A program made the translations under genes and the position numbers. The notes under the pieces were generated by a model. The model searched no databases. It was not told where the DNA came from and worked only from the letters and a program-made list of their open reading frames with translations. Below are positions 21,340-31,990 of a stretch of 64,000 nt of DNA, piece after piece. Origin of the DNA: Patescibacteria group bacterium (GTDB lineage Bacteria; Patescibacteriota; Minisyncoccia; Phycocordibacterales; XYD1-FULL-46-19); NCBI GenBank assembly GCA_048617235.1, contig JBMCHT010000004.1, forward strand, positions 46,107 to 110,106, given 5' to 3'. Every line of letters begins with the position of its first letter. Within the stretch, counting starts at the first letter, position 1.

Positions 21340-24339
21340 TTAATTCAACATCTTTCTCAATTGACAATATTCACATTTTTTATCCTGACAGCTCTTATCC
21401 CAAAAATCCAAAGTTAAAATTTCTTGAACTACATTTTTAATCAACTCTTTCATTTTTTCCACTTCCTCCGTTTCAATTTCAAAACGCTCTTTTCGGTATT
21501 TATCATTTTGGCCCGGTTCCACAAAATCTAATTCCGCCGCTTCCATTATCCACTCTCCTTCTTTGTAGTTTTCAAATAATAACTTATAAAAAACCAACTG
21601 ACGCCACAGGTCACCGGTAGAATTTTTAGTTAAGCCCAAAATTTGATTGCGAGTTTTAGGAGAACCTGTTTTGTAATCAACCACTACTACTTTATTGTCA
21701 CCCAATAATTCCAGTTTATCTATTTTACCGGTTAAAATTATACCGGGCTCCAATTCCACTCCTTTAATTGACACCTCAGTCATAGTTTGACGGTGCCAAT
21801 TATTATGATAAGTATCAAACCAGCCGAATAAAGAATCTCGGCCTTTTTGGTCGTAACGTTTCTTTTCTTCAGTGGTTAATAAAGATTTTTCTAATTGTTC
21901 GGAAAAATAATTCAAAAACTCTTTCTTAGTCGGATCCAAACCTCGCTCATAAGACTTAAATAAATATTCCAAAGCCTTATGAACCGTAGAACCGTAAAGC
22001 AAATGAGGAGTCGGAGCCTCCGGCCAACGCAATAGACTACGATAAAAATATCTCCAAGGACAATTTAAATAATTATTTAAAGCGGTAACCGATAATTTTC
22101 GATTTCTGAAAAGCTCACCCACTAAAAGCGGATCTTTTAATAAACGTTTTGGCTTCTCTTTTTTAACTAACCACTGTTGTCCTCGATGTTTTCGCCAAGC
22201 TTCTTCTATGGCTTTGGTTGAACCAAGTTGTTTTAATTCATCTTTAATTTCTTCTATAAAAGCACAGGGTAATTGTTCTTTCCCCTCTTCATTGTTTAAG
22301 CTGTAAGTAACTGTTACCTGCTCTTTGGCTCTGGTTAAAGCTACATAAAATAATCTTCTTTCGTCAGCCAACTTATCTGTCGCCAAAGATTCTTCATGTT
22401 CTAATAATTCAAACACCTCCGGCAATAAAGGCAGTTTATCCGCTCGCCGACTGTTACCCCAACGACCATTAACTGCCCCAATTAAATAAACATATCTAAA
22501 TTCTTGACCTTTGGCTCGATGAGCGGTCATTAACCTGACTTTACCCAAACGAGCCGGCTGGTTTTTTCGGCCGGTATTTAATTTATTATTTTGAATAATA
22601 TCTAAATGAACAAAAAAATCTTCCAAATCGGCATTGGGTTTAATTGTTAATAAAGTCTTTATTTCGTTAAATAAATCATCCAAGTTATTTAAATTCTCTT
22701 CTACCGCCTCCCCTGTTAAAATATTATTGATTAAACCCGATTCTTTAATTATTTCTTCGGCTAAAGATAATAAACCAATATTATATCGTCGCTTAGTCCA
22801 ATTTTTTAACAACTGCCAAGCTTGTTGTAAATAAATTGCTTCTTTTTTATCAAGGGGTAATTTATTTTCAGTGTCTAAAAGTTCGGCTAAACTCTTTTTA
22901 GTTTTTAAAGCCTCTTGCCGGATTTTAAAAATAGACCAAGGGTCAAGTTCAAACATATCCAGATGTAAAAAATCCAATAAACTACGATCGTCGCCAAAAT
23001 CTTTAACCACTTTAAATATTATTAATATTTTTTTAATAATTAACTCATCCAAATAATTTCTGTCCGACTCAATCTGAACAGGAATTCCGGCCTTAAACAA
23101 ATCTTCGGCCACCGGTCCAGCTTCGCTATTCTCCCGATACAAAACAGCTATCTCTGTCGGTGGTACTTTTTGTTTGAGTAGATTTTTAATTTCTTCAATC
23201 AAAAAATAACGCTCCACCGCCGGCTCAGACCAACCGTAAACAATTAGAGATTGACTACCCGTTTTAGTAACTGCTTGTAATGGTTGATTGGAACTAATTA
23301 AACCTTCAGCTGAATCCAATATTTTTTGTGTTGAACGATAATTTTTTACCAAAGAAATTAACTTAGCTTCAGGATATAATTTTTGAAAATAATAAAAATT
23401 TTCCAAACTGGCTCCTTGAAAACGAAAAATGGCTTGCTTGTCATCTCCCACTACAAATAAATTAGGTTGAGGTGCAAAGTAAGAAGCCAGGAGTTCTAAA
23501 ATCCTATTTTGAGCCTTGTTAGCATCTTGATGTTCATCGGCCAAAATATACTGATATTGCTCTTGTAAAATTAATAACAGATCTTGATTGCTCATTAAAG
23601 CCGATTGCAATTCCATAATCATATCTTCAAAATCATATAATTTTCTGGTTGTTAATTCTGTTTGATATTCTTTATAAACCAATAACAGTTCCTGATTTTT
23701 TTCTATTTTTTTCTTTTGAATTTTATATTTACCTTTTAATTGACCTTGATAAGCTCCTTTTTTATGATATAAATCCGGCAAATTATCAAAACGGCTTTGT
23801 GCTTTTATAATCACTTTCTCATAATCTGAAGGACTAATTCCTTCTCTTTTTAAATTACTAATAGCCCTAATTATATCTTTAATGTAAAACAAAGGATCAT
23901 TAACGGTTTTTAATTTATTTAAATCCAACTTCTTAATAATTTCTTCAACCACAGCCAAACGTTCAGTTTCAGCTAGATGGCGAGAACCGACTATTCTGGG
24001 AAATTCTTCCGGATAGGTTTTAATTATACTTTCGGCAAAACCGTGAAAAGTAGCAATGGTTACCCTATAAGCAGCCGATCCAATAATTTCAGTTAACCTG
24101 GCTCTCATACTTAAAACTCCGGCTTCAGTAAAAGTTAAAGCTAAAATATCCTCAGGGGAAGCATCTGTCTGTTTAAGAATATTGGCTATCCGTAAAGTTA
24201 AAATCTGGGTTTTACCGGTACCCGGACCGGCCACCACCATTACCGGACCTTCTATAGTATCTACTGCTTCTTTTTGTTCGGGGTTTAAGCGTTTATACTC
24301 TTCTTTAAATTTATCAATTTTGAAAGATTTATTTATCAT
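21340..24339 (-). CDS. UvrD/PcrA-family helicase fused to a C-terminal PD-(D/E)xK nuclease with Cys cluster (AddA/RecB-like single polypeptide)
   Basis: Walker A motif (VVAGPGTGKTQ) and UvrD helicase motifs. C-terminal nuclease motif (VVVVDYKTG) and a terminal Cys cluster (CQDKKCEYCQ) that suggests Fe-S binding. Confidence 0.75.
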   Translation of the reverse strand: MINKSFKIDKFKEEYKRLNPEQKEAVDTIEGPVMVVAGPGTGKTQILTLRIANILKQTDASPEDILALTFTEAGVLSMRARLTEIIGSAAYRVTIATFHGFAESIIKTYPEEFPRIVGSRHLAETERLAVVEEIIKKLDLNKLKTVNDPLFYIKDIIRAISNLKREGISPSDYEKVIIKAQSRFDNLPDLYHKKGAYQGQLKGKYKIQKKKIEKNQELLLVYKEYQTELTTRKLYDFEDMIMELQSALMSNQDLLLILQEQYQYILADEHQDANKAQNRILELLASYFAPQPNLFVVGDDKQAIFRFQGASLENFYYFQKLYPEAKLISLVKNYRSTQKILDSAEGLISSNQPLQAVTKTGSQSLIVYGWSEPAVERYFLIEEIKNLLKQKVPPTEIAVLYRENSEAGPVAEDLFKAGIPVQIESDRNYLDELIIKKILIIFKVVKDFGDDRSLLDFLHLDMFELDPWSIFKIRQEALKTKKSLAELLDTENKLPLDKKEAIYLQQAWQLLKNWTKRRYNIGLLSLAEEIIKESGLINNILTGEAVEENLNNLDDLFNEIKTLLTIKPNADLEDFFVHLDIIQNNKLNTGRKNQPARLGKVRLMTAHRAKGQEFRYVYLIGAVNGRWGNSRRADKLPLLPEVFELLEHEESLATDKLADERRLFYVALTRAKEQVTVTYSLNNEEGKEQLPCAFIEEIKDELKQLGSTKAIEEAWRKHRGQQWLVKKEKPKRLLKDPLLVGELFRNRKLSVTALNNYLNCPWRYFYRSLLRWPEAPTPHLLYGSTVHKALEYLFKSYERGLDPTKKEFLNYFSEQLEKSLLTTEEKKRYDQKGRDSLFGWFDTYHNNWHRQTMTEVSIKGVELEPGIILTGKIDKLELLGDNKVVVVDYKTGSPKTRNQILGLTKNSTGDLWRQLVFYKLLFENYKEGEWIMEAAELDFVEPGQNDKYRKERFEIETEEVEKMKELIKNVVQEILTLDFWDKSCQDKKCEYCQLRKMLN

Positions 24340-24429
24340 ATAAGCTCAAGTATAACATATTCAAAGTCTGCCCTTAACGGCCATTTTTTGCTATAATCAA
24401 CAAACATATAAGTCTAATCAATATAATAT

Positions 24430-24885
24430 ATGAGCTTACATCAAGAAATAACCAATGGAGTAAAAGAAGCCTTAAAAAGTAAAGACGGTAGAAAATTATC
24501 TGTCTTAAGAGGGTTGTTATCCTCTTGTACTAATCATTTGGTGGCCACTGGTCGCAAACCCAATGAAATATTAAACGATAATGAAGTACTAACGGTAATA
24601 AAAAAACAAGTTAAACAAAGAAAAGACTCCATTAAACAATATCAAGATGGAAATCGACCGGAATTAGCTGAAGCTGAACAAGCAGAAATGGCTATTTTAG
24701 AAACCTATTTACCGGAACCAATACCTGACGAAAAAATAGAAGCTATAATCAAATCCAAAAAAGAAGAACTAGGTCTTAAAACCAAAGCCGATGCCGGTCG
24801 CCTGATTGGAGCGGTAATAAAAGAAACAAACGGACAAGCTGACGGCCAAAGAGTAAAAACTTTAATTGAAAAATTATTAGATTAA
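24430..24885 (+). CDS. GatB/YqeY domain protein
   Basis: 151 aa with a YqeY-like N-terminus (ITNGVKEALKSKDGRKLSVLRGLLS). Confidence 0.6.
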   Translation: MSLHQEITNGVKEALKSKDGRKLSVLRGLLSSCTNHLVATGRKPNEILNDNEVLTVIKKQVKQRKDSIKQYQDGNRPELAEAEQAEMAILETYLPEPIPDEKIEAIIKSKKEELGLKTKADAGRLIGAVIKETNGQADGQRVKTLIEKLLD

Positions 24886-25415
24886 CTTAGTTTTTTTAAT
24901 AAAGTCTCCATTTCAGTTAACATAGCCAACAAACTACTATTGGTTTTTTCCGGAATAGCTTCTAACTGTCGCTCCGGCCAAATTTTATTTACTTCCGAAA
25001 AATAAACGGCTGACCGCAAAGGCAATAAACCAAGCTCTAAACAAACCGGCTTTAAATTCTCTACCACTCGACTACCACCAATACCACCGGAAGAAACTCC
25101 GATTAAACCAACCGGTTTATGTAAACTATTTGTAATCTGAGTTAAATCCAGAGCTAGTTTTAATTCTCCCGGATAACCATGATTATATTCCGGCGTGACA
25201 ATAAGTAAACCATCTGCTGTGGCCAACAACTTGTTCCAGTCATCTTTTTTGGCAGATTGACCGGTCACTCCTTCTACATAATTTGTCACTTCAACCGGGA
25301 AACTATCAAAACCAAAAGTCCGGCTATGATCTAAAACAGCTGTCGCCGCCAAAGAAGTATAATTACCATCTCGGCCGGTACCTATTATTATTGGAATATT
25401 TAATTTGTTTGTCAT
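24882..25415 (-). CDS. NAD(P)H-dependent FMN reductase-like flavodoxin-fold protein
   Basis: Flavodoxin-like N-terminus (IPIIIGTGRDGNYTS). Size is typical. Confidence 0.45.
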   Translation of the reverse strand: MTNKLNIPIIIGTGRDGNYTSLAATAVLDHSRTFGFDSFPVEVTNYVEGVTGQSAKKDDWNKLLATADGLLIVTPEYNHGYPGELKLALDLTQITNSLHKPVGLIGVSSGGIGGSRVVENLKPVCLELGLLPLRSAVYFSEVNKIWPERQLEAIPEKTNSSLLAMLTEMETLLKKLS

Positions 25416-25424
25416 AATTTAAAA

Positions 25425-27197
25425 TTAAAATAAAGGCCAAAAATAAAGCAATAAAGGTATAGATAAAACAGTTATTAGAATTTCTAAAGGTAAACCAACT
25501 TTTAAATAATCACTGAAACGATACCCACCCGGACCCATAACTAACATATTGGATTCATGCCCCATCGGAGTCAAAAAGGCACAAGAAGCTCCTATAGCCA
25601 CCGCCATTAAAAAAGGATCGATTGAAGCCCCCAAACTACTAGCCACTAAAACAGCCACCGGAGACATTAAAACCGCAGCTGCAGTCGTGTTAATAAAATC
25701 AGATAATAACATAGTGATAATAAAAACAGTTACTAAAATGGCCACCGGTGAAATATATTGGATCAAATATTCCACACCCCCGGCCACCATTTCCGCTCCA
25801 CCGGTATCTTCAAAAGCTGAACCAAGAGCTATCATTGAACCTAATAGAATAATTACCGGCCAATCAATAGATTCGTAAGATTGACGCCAAGAGATTAATC
25901 CGATTACCACCATTAAAACCGCTGTAGTTAAAAAGATTACTTCTATCGGCAAAATATTTAAAGCGGCCAAAACAATAGCCACTATAAATAAAACCGAGGA
26001 CAACCACACTTTAGGAGAACGACCAAAACTAACTTCTCTCTCCGCCAAAGGTAATAATTTCAACCAATTAATGGTATCTACTAAACTGTCTCGGCGACCG
26101 GATAATAATAAGACATCTCCCGGCCGAAAATGAACATCAACTAAATGTTTATCAATTGTTTCTCCGGTTCTAGATAAAGCCAAAAAATTTATTCCGAAAC
26201 GCAAATTTAAATTAATATCTTGCCAAGATAAACCTACCGGGAAAGAACGAGGTTGGACTACAGCCTCTATATCTATAGTTTCATCATCTTGACTAATTTT
26301 CCCTTCAGCCGCTTTCTGGCCGACAATAGATAATTTATTAACTTCAACTAAATTGGTTAAAGTATCCGAATCCGCTTGGATTAACAAATTATCTTCCGGT
26401 TGCACTTCTTCCAAACCGGATGGTTTTAAAATTCTTTCCACTCCCCGAATAATTGCCACCACTTTAAAAGGCTGGCTAATACTGGCTCTTAAATTATTTA
26501 TATATTCGACCAAATATTTTTGATCTTTAGGTATTTTAACTTCGGCTACATAATCTTCAACTTCTACTCCTAAATCAGACAAACCTCTTCTTTTGGGCAA
26601 TAATAACCAACCGATAAAAGATAAAAAAATCAAACTAGCCACAGCAATAAAAATACCAACATAAGCAAAATCAAACATAGCAAATGGTTCCAAACCAGCC
26701 GATTCCCTAAAGCTGGAAACAATAATATTCCTGGGAGTCCCAACTAAAGTTAGAAAGCCCCCCAAATGAGAAGCAAAAGCCAAAGGTAAAAAATAAATTG
26801 AAGGTGAAATTTTGTCTTGCTTGGCTAAATGAACCGCAATTGGTAAAGCTAAAGCCAAAGCCCCCACCCCATTAATAAAAGCCGAGATTCCGGCCACTAA
26901 TGAAGAGAGAACCAATAATTTTATCAAGGGGTGCCTTTCTATGTAAGTTAAGCGACGAATCACAACATCTATTACTCCTGATTGAATCAAGGCCTGACTA
27001 ATAACAAACATTGAAGCCACTACTATAACTGCCGGATGAGAAAAACCACTAAAAACTTCTTCCGGAGAAATTAAACCAAAAATCATAATAGCAGATAAAG
27101 CTGCCAAAGAAGCAATATCTGAACGCAAATAACCCCATAAAGAAGCGATGATCATCAAAAAAATAATCACGCTAATAGCCAATAATTCTATAATCAT
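25425..27197 (-). CDS. DASS/SLC13-type anion permease with two central TrkA-C domains
   Basis: Repeated transmembrane halves (GTPRNIIV...) flank a soluble tandem TrkA-C-like region. Confidence 0.55.
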   Translation of the reverse strand: MIIELLAISVIIFLMIIASLWGYLRSDIASLAALSAIMIFGLISPEEVFSGFSHPAVIVVASMFVISQALIQSGVIDVVIRRLTYIERHPLIKLLVLSSLVAGISAFINGVGALALALPIAVHLAKQDKISPSIYFLPLAFASHLGGFLTLVGTPRNIIVSSFRESAGLEPFAMFDFAYVGIFIAVASLIFLSFIGWLLLPKRRGLSDLGVEVEDYVAEVKIPKDQKYLVEYINNLRASISQPFKVVAIIRGVERILKPSGLEEVQPEDNLLIQADSDTLTNLVEVNKLSIVGQKAAEGKISQDDETIDIEAVVQPRSFPVGLSWQDINLNLRFGINFLALSRTGETIDKHLVDVHFRPGDVLLLSGRRDSLVDTINWLKLLPLAEREVSFGRSPKVWLSSVLFIVAIVLAALNILPIEVIFLTTAVLMVVIGLISWRQSYESIDWPVIILLGSMIALGSAFEDTGGAEMVAGGVEYLIQYISPVAILVTVFIITMLLSDFINTTAAAVLMSPVAVLVASSLGASIDPFLMAVAIGASCAFLTPMGHESNMLVMGPGGYRFSDYLKVGLPLEILITVLSIPLLLYFWPLF

Positions 27198-27244
27198 ATA
27201 AAGTATTATACCAAAAAAAGAACCAATCTAAAAAAGTATATATA

Positions 27245-27901
27245 TTACTCACCAACAAAAGGCACAAAAGAAAAACCGTTAAAAACTTTTTCACTTAAAT
27301 TACCGGTTTCATCTTTGAGATATAGGATAATTTTGTTTTCTATCGGAGCTACTAAACGCCCGCCTGGTTTTAATTGTTCAAACCAAGCAGCCGGTATCTG
27401 CCGACTGGCAGCGGCAGCAATAATTCTATCAAAAGGAGCTTCTTTAGGGTAACCACTAATGGCATTACGGCAATGAACTTCGGTTATTTTTTTGGAAACA
27501 AAACTATATTGACCAATATTTTTAAGAGCCAAGCGAGTTAATTCCGGCAATATCTCCAAACCAATAACCCGGCCGGTAACATTAGCCGGTAATTCTTTCC
27601 CCGTTTCATCGTGGCTAACCAAGTAAGAAAGCAAAGCCGTCTGCCAACCCGAACCGGCTCCAATATCTAAAACTTTCTGACCTGGTTTCACAGCCAATAA
27701 CTCCAACATAAAAGCCACTGTCTGTGGTTGAGAAATTGTTTGACCGTAACCAATTGGTAAAGGGGCATTGATATAACTTTGTAATTTAAATTCCGGCAAA
27801 ACAAAATCAGCTCTGTCTACATTTAAAAAAGCCTGATAAACTTCCGGAGCAGTAATTACCCCATCCTCTTTTAATTCATCAACTAATTGTTCAACTGTCA
27901 T
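27245..27901 (-). CDS. pcm: protein-L-isoaspartate O-methyltransferase
   Basis: SAM-binding VLDIGAGSGWQTALLS motif and the SQP substrate-region motif. Confidence 0.75.
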   Translation of the reverse strand: MTVEQLVDELKEDGVITAPEVYQAFLNVDRADFVLPEFKLQSYINAPLPIGYGQTISQPQTVAFMLELLAVKPGQKVLDIGAGSGWQTALLSYLVSHDETGKELPANVTGRVIGLEILPELTRLALKNIGQYSFVSKKITEVHCRNAISGYPKEAPFDRIIAAAASRQIPAAWFEQLKPGGRLVAPIENKIILYLKDETGNLSEKVFNGFSFVPFVGE

Positions 27902-27930
27902 ATCTTGGTTGGATTATACCATAAGCCAAA

Positions 27931-29004
27931 ATGTTTGAAAATAAACAAAAAACCTTTATAATAAAATATATGAATAGTAAAAGCTGGAAATTTGGTATTT
28001 TTTTAATCATCCTAACTCTGATTGGGGTCTTGCTTTTCTTTATTATTAAACCTTTTGTTTTAATTTTATTATTGACTATAACATTAGCTATAATTTTCAG
28101 ACCAATATATTTATCTTTAAGTAAATATATCTGGCCCAGTCCGGCCGCCGGTTTAACTTTACTTTTAGTTGTTTTAATAGTAATTCTACCTACAATTGCA
28201 GTTGGCCTAGAAGTTTTTAATGAATCACGCCAAATTTATTGGGATTATTTTACAGCCGACAATACTACCGATTGGCAAACAATTTTAGATGAATACAAAG
28301 AATATTTAGAACAATATTCTTTTATTCAATTATTTTGGCCTGAGAATATTAATCTCGAACAAATCCAAGAAGAAGTCATTAGTTGGATATACAACAATGC
28401 TAATACCTTAATCTCCAGCCTAACTAAAACCTTTCTTAATCTTTCAATTTTCCTATTCGCCTTTTTCTACTTAATACGTGATGCCGATAAATTAAAAAAA
28501 TGGTTATTTAAAATAAGCCCATTGAATGATAATCAAAATAAATTAATAAAAAATGAGTTTATTAATACTGTTAAATCAATTATGAACGGTTCCATTTTTA
28601 TAGCCATTCTTCAAGGTGTTACCTCCGGAATTGGCTTTCTTTTGTTTGGTTTACCACAACCGGTTTTATGGGGAGCTTTATCAATAATTCTCTCCCTCAT
28701 TCCCGGAATTGGAGCCTCTTTAATTCTTTTGCCGGCTGCAGCTTATCTTTTACTAACAGGTTCTATTGGAGCCGGAATCGGTTTAATTATTTGGGCTGTC
28801 TTGGTAGTTGGATTAATGGATAACTTTCTCAGACCAATTTTAATAGAAAAAGGAACCAATATTCACGCCTTTCTTGTTCTAATTTCCGCTTTGGGAGGGA
28901 TTGCTTTATTTGGTCCGATTGGTTTTATTTTAGGTCCAATAATTGCCGGATTATTCCTAACTTTAACTGATATTTATTCGGAAATATCTAATCAAGAAAT
29001 ATAA
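27931..29004 (+). CDS. AI-2E family transporter (PerM/YdiK-like)
   Basis: 8 transmembrane segments with the characteristic central soluble insert and glycine-rich C-terminal helices. Confidence 0.65.
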   Translation: MFENKQKTFIIKYMNSKSWKFGIFLIILTLIGVLLFFIIKPFVLILLLTITLAIIFRPIYLSLSKYIWPSPAAGLTLLLVVLIVILPTIAVGLEVFNESRQIYWDYFTADNTTDWQTILDEYKEYLEQYSFIQLFWPENINLEQIQEEVISWIYNNANTLISSLTKTFLNLSIFLFAFFYLIRDADKLKKWLFKISPLNDNQNKLIKNEFINTVKSIMNGSIFIAILQGVTSGIGFLLFGLPQPVLWGALSIILSLIPGIGASLILLPAAAYLLLTGSIGAGIGLIIWAVLVVGLMDNFLRPILIEKGTNIHAFLVLISALGGIALFGPIGFILGPIIAGLFLTLTDIYSEISNQEI

Positions 29005-29010
29005 TAATTT

Positions 29011-29325
29011 ATGTCTGAAAAAAAACATCCTTTATTAAAAGAAGATCAATTAAAAGTTTACAAGTCGAAACTAAATCCGACTTGGAAATTAATTAATGAT
29101 AACCAAATCCTAAATTTAGAAACCAAGGTTAAAGATTTTCAAACAGCTCTTGATGTGGTCAATCAAATAGGCAAGCTAGCCGAGGAAATGGACCATCACC
29201 CCGATCTCCATATCCATAATTGGAATAATTTATCCATTAATTTAACCTCTCACAAAGCCGGTGGTTTAACCGACCAAGATTTTATTTTAGCTTCCAAAAT
29301 AGATCAACTTCTAAAAGACAAATAA
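29011..29325 (+). CDS. pterin-4a-carbinolamine dehydratase (PCD/DCoH)
   Basis: EEMDHHPDLHIHNWNNLSINLTSH signature. Confidence 0.7.
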   Translation: MSEKKHPLLKEDQLKVYKSKLNPTWKLINDNQILNLETKVKDFQTALDVVNQIGKLAEEMDHHPDLHIHNWNNLSINLTSHKAGGLTDQDFILASKIDQLLKDK

Positions 29326-29327
29326 AA

Positions 29328-30059
29328 TTAACGAGCCATCCAACCACCATCAACATAAATTATCTCCCCGGTGGTAAATTCAGCTTCAGCTGAAGCCAAA
29401 TAAGCGGCCACTGCGGCTATGTCTTCCGGTTTACCCATTCGGCCTTGGGGAGTATTAGCTTCTACCATTTGCATAAATTCAGGATTTTCTTTAACTTGTT
29501 TGGTCATATTAGTATCTATAAAACCGGGAGCGATAGCATTAACTCTAATACCTAAAGGCGCTAAATCCAAAGCTCCCGATCTGGTTAATTGAACCACTCC
29601 GCCCTTGGAAGCACTGTAGGCTAAAGCTCCCTGAAAACCAACTCCGCCTAAAATAGAACTAATATTAATAATTGACCCCTTAATTCCCTTATCTTTCATA
29701 AACAAAGCAACCGCTTGCATACCATAAAAAACTCCGGCCAAATTAACATTAATCACTTTTTGCCAATCATCAACAGATGTCTCCAATAAACCTCCGGTTA
29801 CTCCAATACCGGCGTTGTTAATCATAATATCCAAACCACCTAAATCTTTAACCGTCTCAGCCACTAAATTATCTACTGCTTGCCTGTCGCTGACATCACA
29901 ATTTTTAAACAAACACCCCTCAGGTAAAGCCTGATCCGGCTCCACAATATCCGAATAAACTACCTTAGCTCCTTCACTTTGTAATCTATCGGCTATCGCC
30001 CTTCCTAAACCATTGGCTGCTCCGGTAACAATAGCAATTTTATTTTTTAATCTATTCAT
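29328..30059 (-). CDS. short-chain dehydrogenase/reductase (3-oxoacyl-ACP reductase-like)
   Basis: TGAANGLGRAIA Rossmann motif. YSASK catalytic motif. Confidence 0.75.
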   Translation of the reverse strand: MNRLKNKIAIVTGAANGLGRAIADRLQSEGAKVVYSDIVEPDQALPEGCLFKNCDVSDRQAVDNLVAETVKDLGGLDIMINNAGIGVTGGLLETSVDDWQKVINVNLAGVFYGMQAVALFMKDKGIKGSIINISSILGGVGFQGALAYSASKGGVVQLTRSGALDLAPLGIRVNAIAPGFIDTNMTKQVKENPEFMQMVEANTPQGRMGKPEDIAAVAAYLASAEAEFTTGEIIYVDGGWMAR

Positions 30060-30079
30060 AAATATTATTCAATTAATTT

Positions 30080-30502
30080 TTAAAGTAACCATAATCGTTT
30101 ATTAATTATTTTTCTCCAACAATGACCCAAACCCAAATAATAACCGGATTCGAATACTGCCAAAACAATCAAAACTAAAATATATATAATATGATAATCT
30201 AATATCGGATTATTGGCCAGATAAGGCCAGGAAGATAAATAAATTAAAAACATCATTATTGATCCGACAACTGCGGCTATTTTTACTCCCACTCCCAAGA
30301 TTAAAGTTATACCTACAAAAAATAAACCTAACATAAACAACCAATCAACCCACACTTGACCGGCCAATAATCGAAAAAAGTTAGAAAAATATCCATCAAC
30401 TTGAGTCAAAAAACCGGCTGTCGGAGAACCACCAACCAGCCAAGCATCCGAACATAACCAAACAACATCCACCGAGCGACAAGTATTAAAACCCAACCCC
30501 AA
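30080..30502 (-). CDS. hypothetical membrane protein (DoxX-like?)
   Basis: 3-4 transmembrane helices. No clear motif. N-terminus uncertain. Confidence 0.3.
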   Translation of the reverse strand: MGLGFNTCRSVDVVWLCSDAWLVGGSPTAGFLTQVDGYFSNFFRLLAGQVWVDWLFMLGLFFVGITLILGVGVKIAAVVGSIMMFLIYLSSWPYLANNPILDYHIIYILVLIVLAVFESGYYLGLGHCWRKIINKRLWLL

Positions 30503-30579
30503 CCATTTATCTAAAAAAGACCATAAAAAAAATAAAACCCATGGCCAATCTTAACAAACTCAAAACTAAATAATTACTT

Positions 30580-31074
30580 CTATACTTCATTTTTATCTTT
30601 AATTATTAAAAGTCCTGTTGCCACCTTACTTGAATCAATAGAATCCGCTATTGTTGTATAATATTCATAATCTCCGATAGTTGAAGACTCAAACTCAATT
30701 ATTTCTACCTGGCCCGGCTCCACTATTCCTGTTTCCAAATCCAAATCATCAAGTCGCCAAACTAAATTTTCTTCTTCATTATTGACAAATGTTATACTGA
30801 TTTTATCTCCAATTTCAACTTCAATTTCGGTTACCGATAAAGATCCTTCAAAATTTTCCATTTCTATCTCTATTACAGATTCAACTTCATTATCCTCTTT
30901 TGTTGTTAAATCCAAATCGGTAGTAATCGGCTCTTCTTTATTCTCCTTTAAAAATCCGGATAAGACAAAAACCGATTCAGTTTCCAAATTATATTCAGCA
31001 TACATAAACCAAAACCACAAAATCAAACCACCGACTATTATTAAAAATAATAAAAAGATTAATTTATTTTTCAT
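30580..31074 (-). CDS. hypothetical secreted acidic protein
   Basis: N-terminal TM/signal. Glu-rich beta-rich body. Confidence 0.35.
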   Translation of the reverse strand: MKNKLIFLLFLIIVGGLILWFWFMYAEYNLETESVFVLSGFLKENKEEPITTDLDLTTKEDNEVESVIEIEMENFEGSLSVTEIEVEIGDKISITFVNNEEENLVWRLDDLDLETGIVEPGQVEIIEFESSTIGDYEYYTTIADSIDSSKVATGLLIIKDKNEV

Positions 31075-31085
31075 TAATATTAAAT

Positions 31086-31988
31086 TTAAGCTTGTTTTTT
31101 ATTTTTACTCCTTTCAGACCATTCAGCCAATAAAGGAGCTGCCAAGAAAATGGAAGAATAAGTTCCCAAAGCCATTCCTACCGCCAAAACTAAAGCAAAA
31201 TTTTTGGTTGTCTCGCCACCTAAAAGCCATAAAGACAACAAAACCACAATCGTAGTTACCGAAGTATTAATAGAACGAATATAAGTTTGACTTAAACTCT
31301 CACCGGTAATATCAGTGAAAGATTTTTTCGGAAACAAGACTGAATTCTCCCTGATTCGATCAAAGACCACTATGGTATCGTTAACCGACAGTCCCAAAAT
31401 AGCCAATAAAGCAGTCAAGAAAAGAGCGTCCATTTCAAAACCAACCAACCAACCCAAAAAAGCAAACAAACCAACCGGTAAAAGAATATCGTGAATTAAA
31501 GTTATAATAGCTACTACTCCATAACGCCAAGAACTCATTTGTTTAGATGAGCCACTGAAAGCAAAAGCTAAAAAGCCAATAATTAAAACAACCACCAAAG
31601 CAATAGCTATTAATCCTTTATTAGCTAACTCAGCCCCAATGGCCGGACCAATGGAACTAAATCTAATTTCTTGTACTTCTTGTTCAGTAGCTTCAGTTAA
31701 CAATGATAATATTTCCGCCTGTAATCCGGTGGAGATCTCGGGCATTCTTAAAATCTGTCCCGATTCTCCGGTTGGTTGTACTAAAATATTACCAATCATT
31801 AAAGGCTCCAGAGTCTCCAAAACTACTTCAGTCTCCGGTCGGAATTCAGAATATTCCACCTCTAAAATGGAACCGCCTTTAAAATCTATCCCCAAATTTA
31901 AACCAAAAACAAAAATAGAGGCCAGTGCCAAAACCGCCAGAAAACCGGAAAGACCAAAAAATATTCTTCTGTTATTTATAACCCACAT
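31086..31988 (-). CDS. secF: protein translocase subunit SecF
   Basis: Lies downstream of secD. Typical SecF transmembrane layout. Confidence 0.85.
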   Translation of the reverse strand: MWVINNRRIFFGLSGFLAVLALASIFVFGLNLGIDFKGGSILEVEYSEFRPETEVVLETLEPLMIGNILVQPTGESGQILRMPEISTGLQAEILSLLTEATEQEVQEIRFSSIGPAIGAELANKGLIAIALVVVLIIGFLAFAFSGSSKQMSSWRYGVVAIITLIHDILLPVGLFAFLGWLVGFEMDALFLTALLAILGLSVNDTIVVFDRIRENSVLFPKKSFTDITGESLSQTYIRSINTSVTTIVVLLSLWLLGGETTKNFALVLAVGMALGTYSSIFLAAPLLAEWSERSKNKKQA

Positions 31989-31990
31989 AA

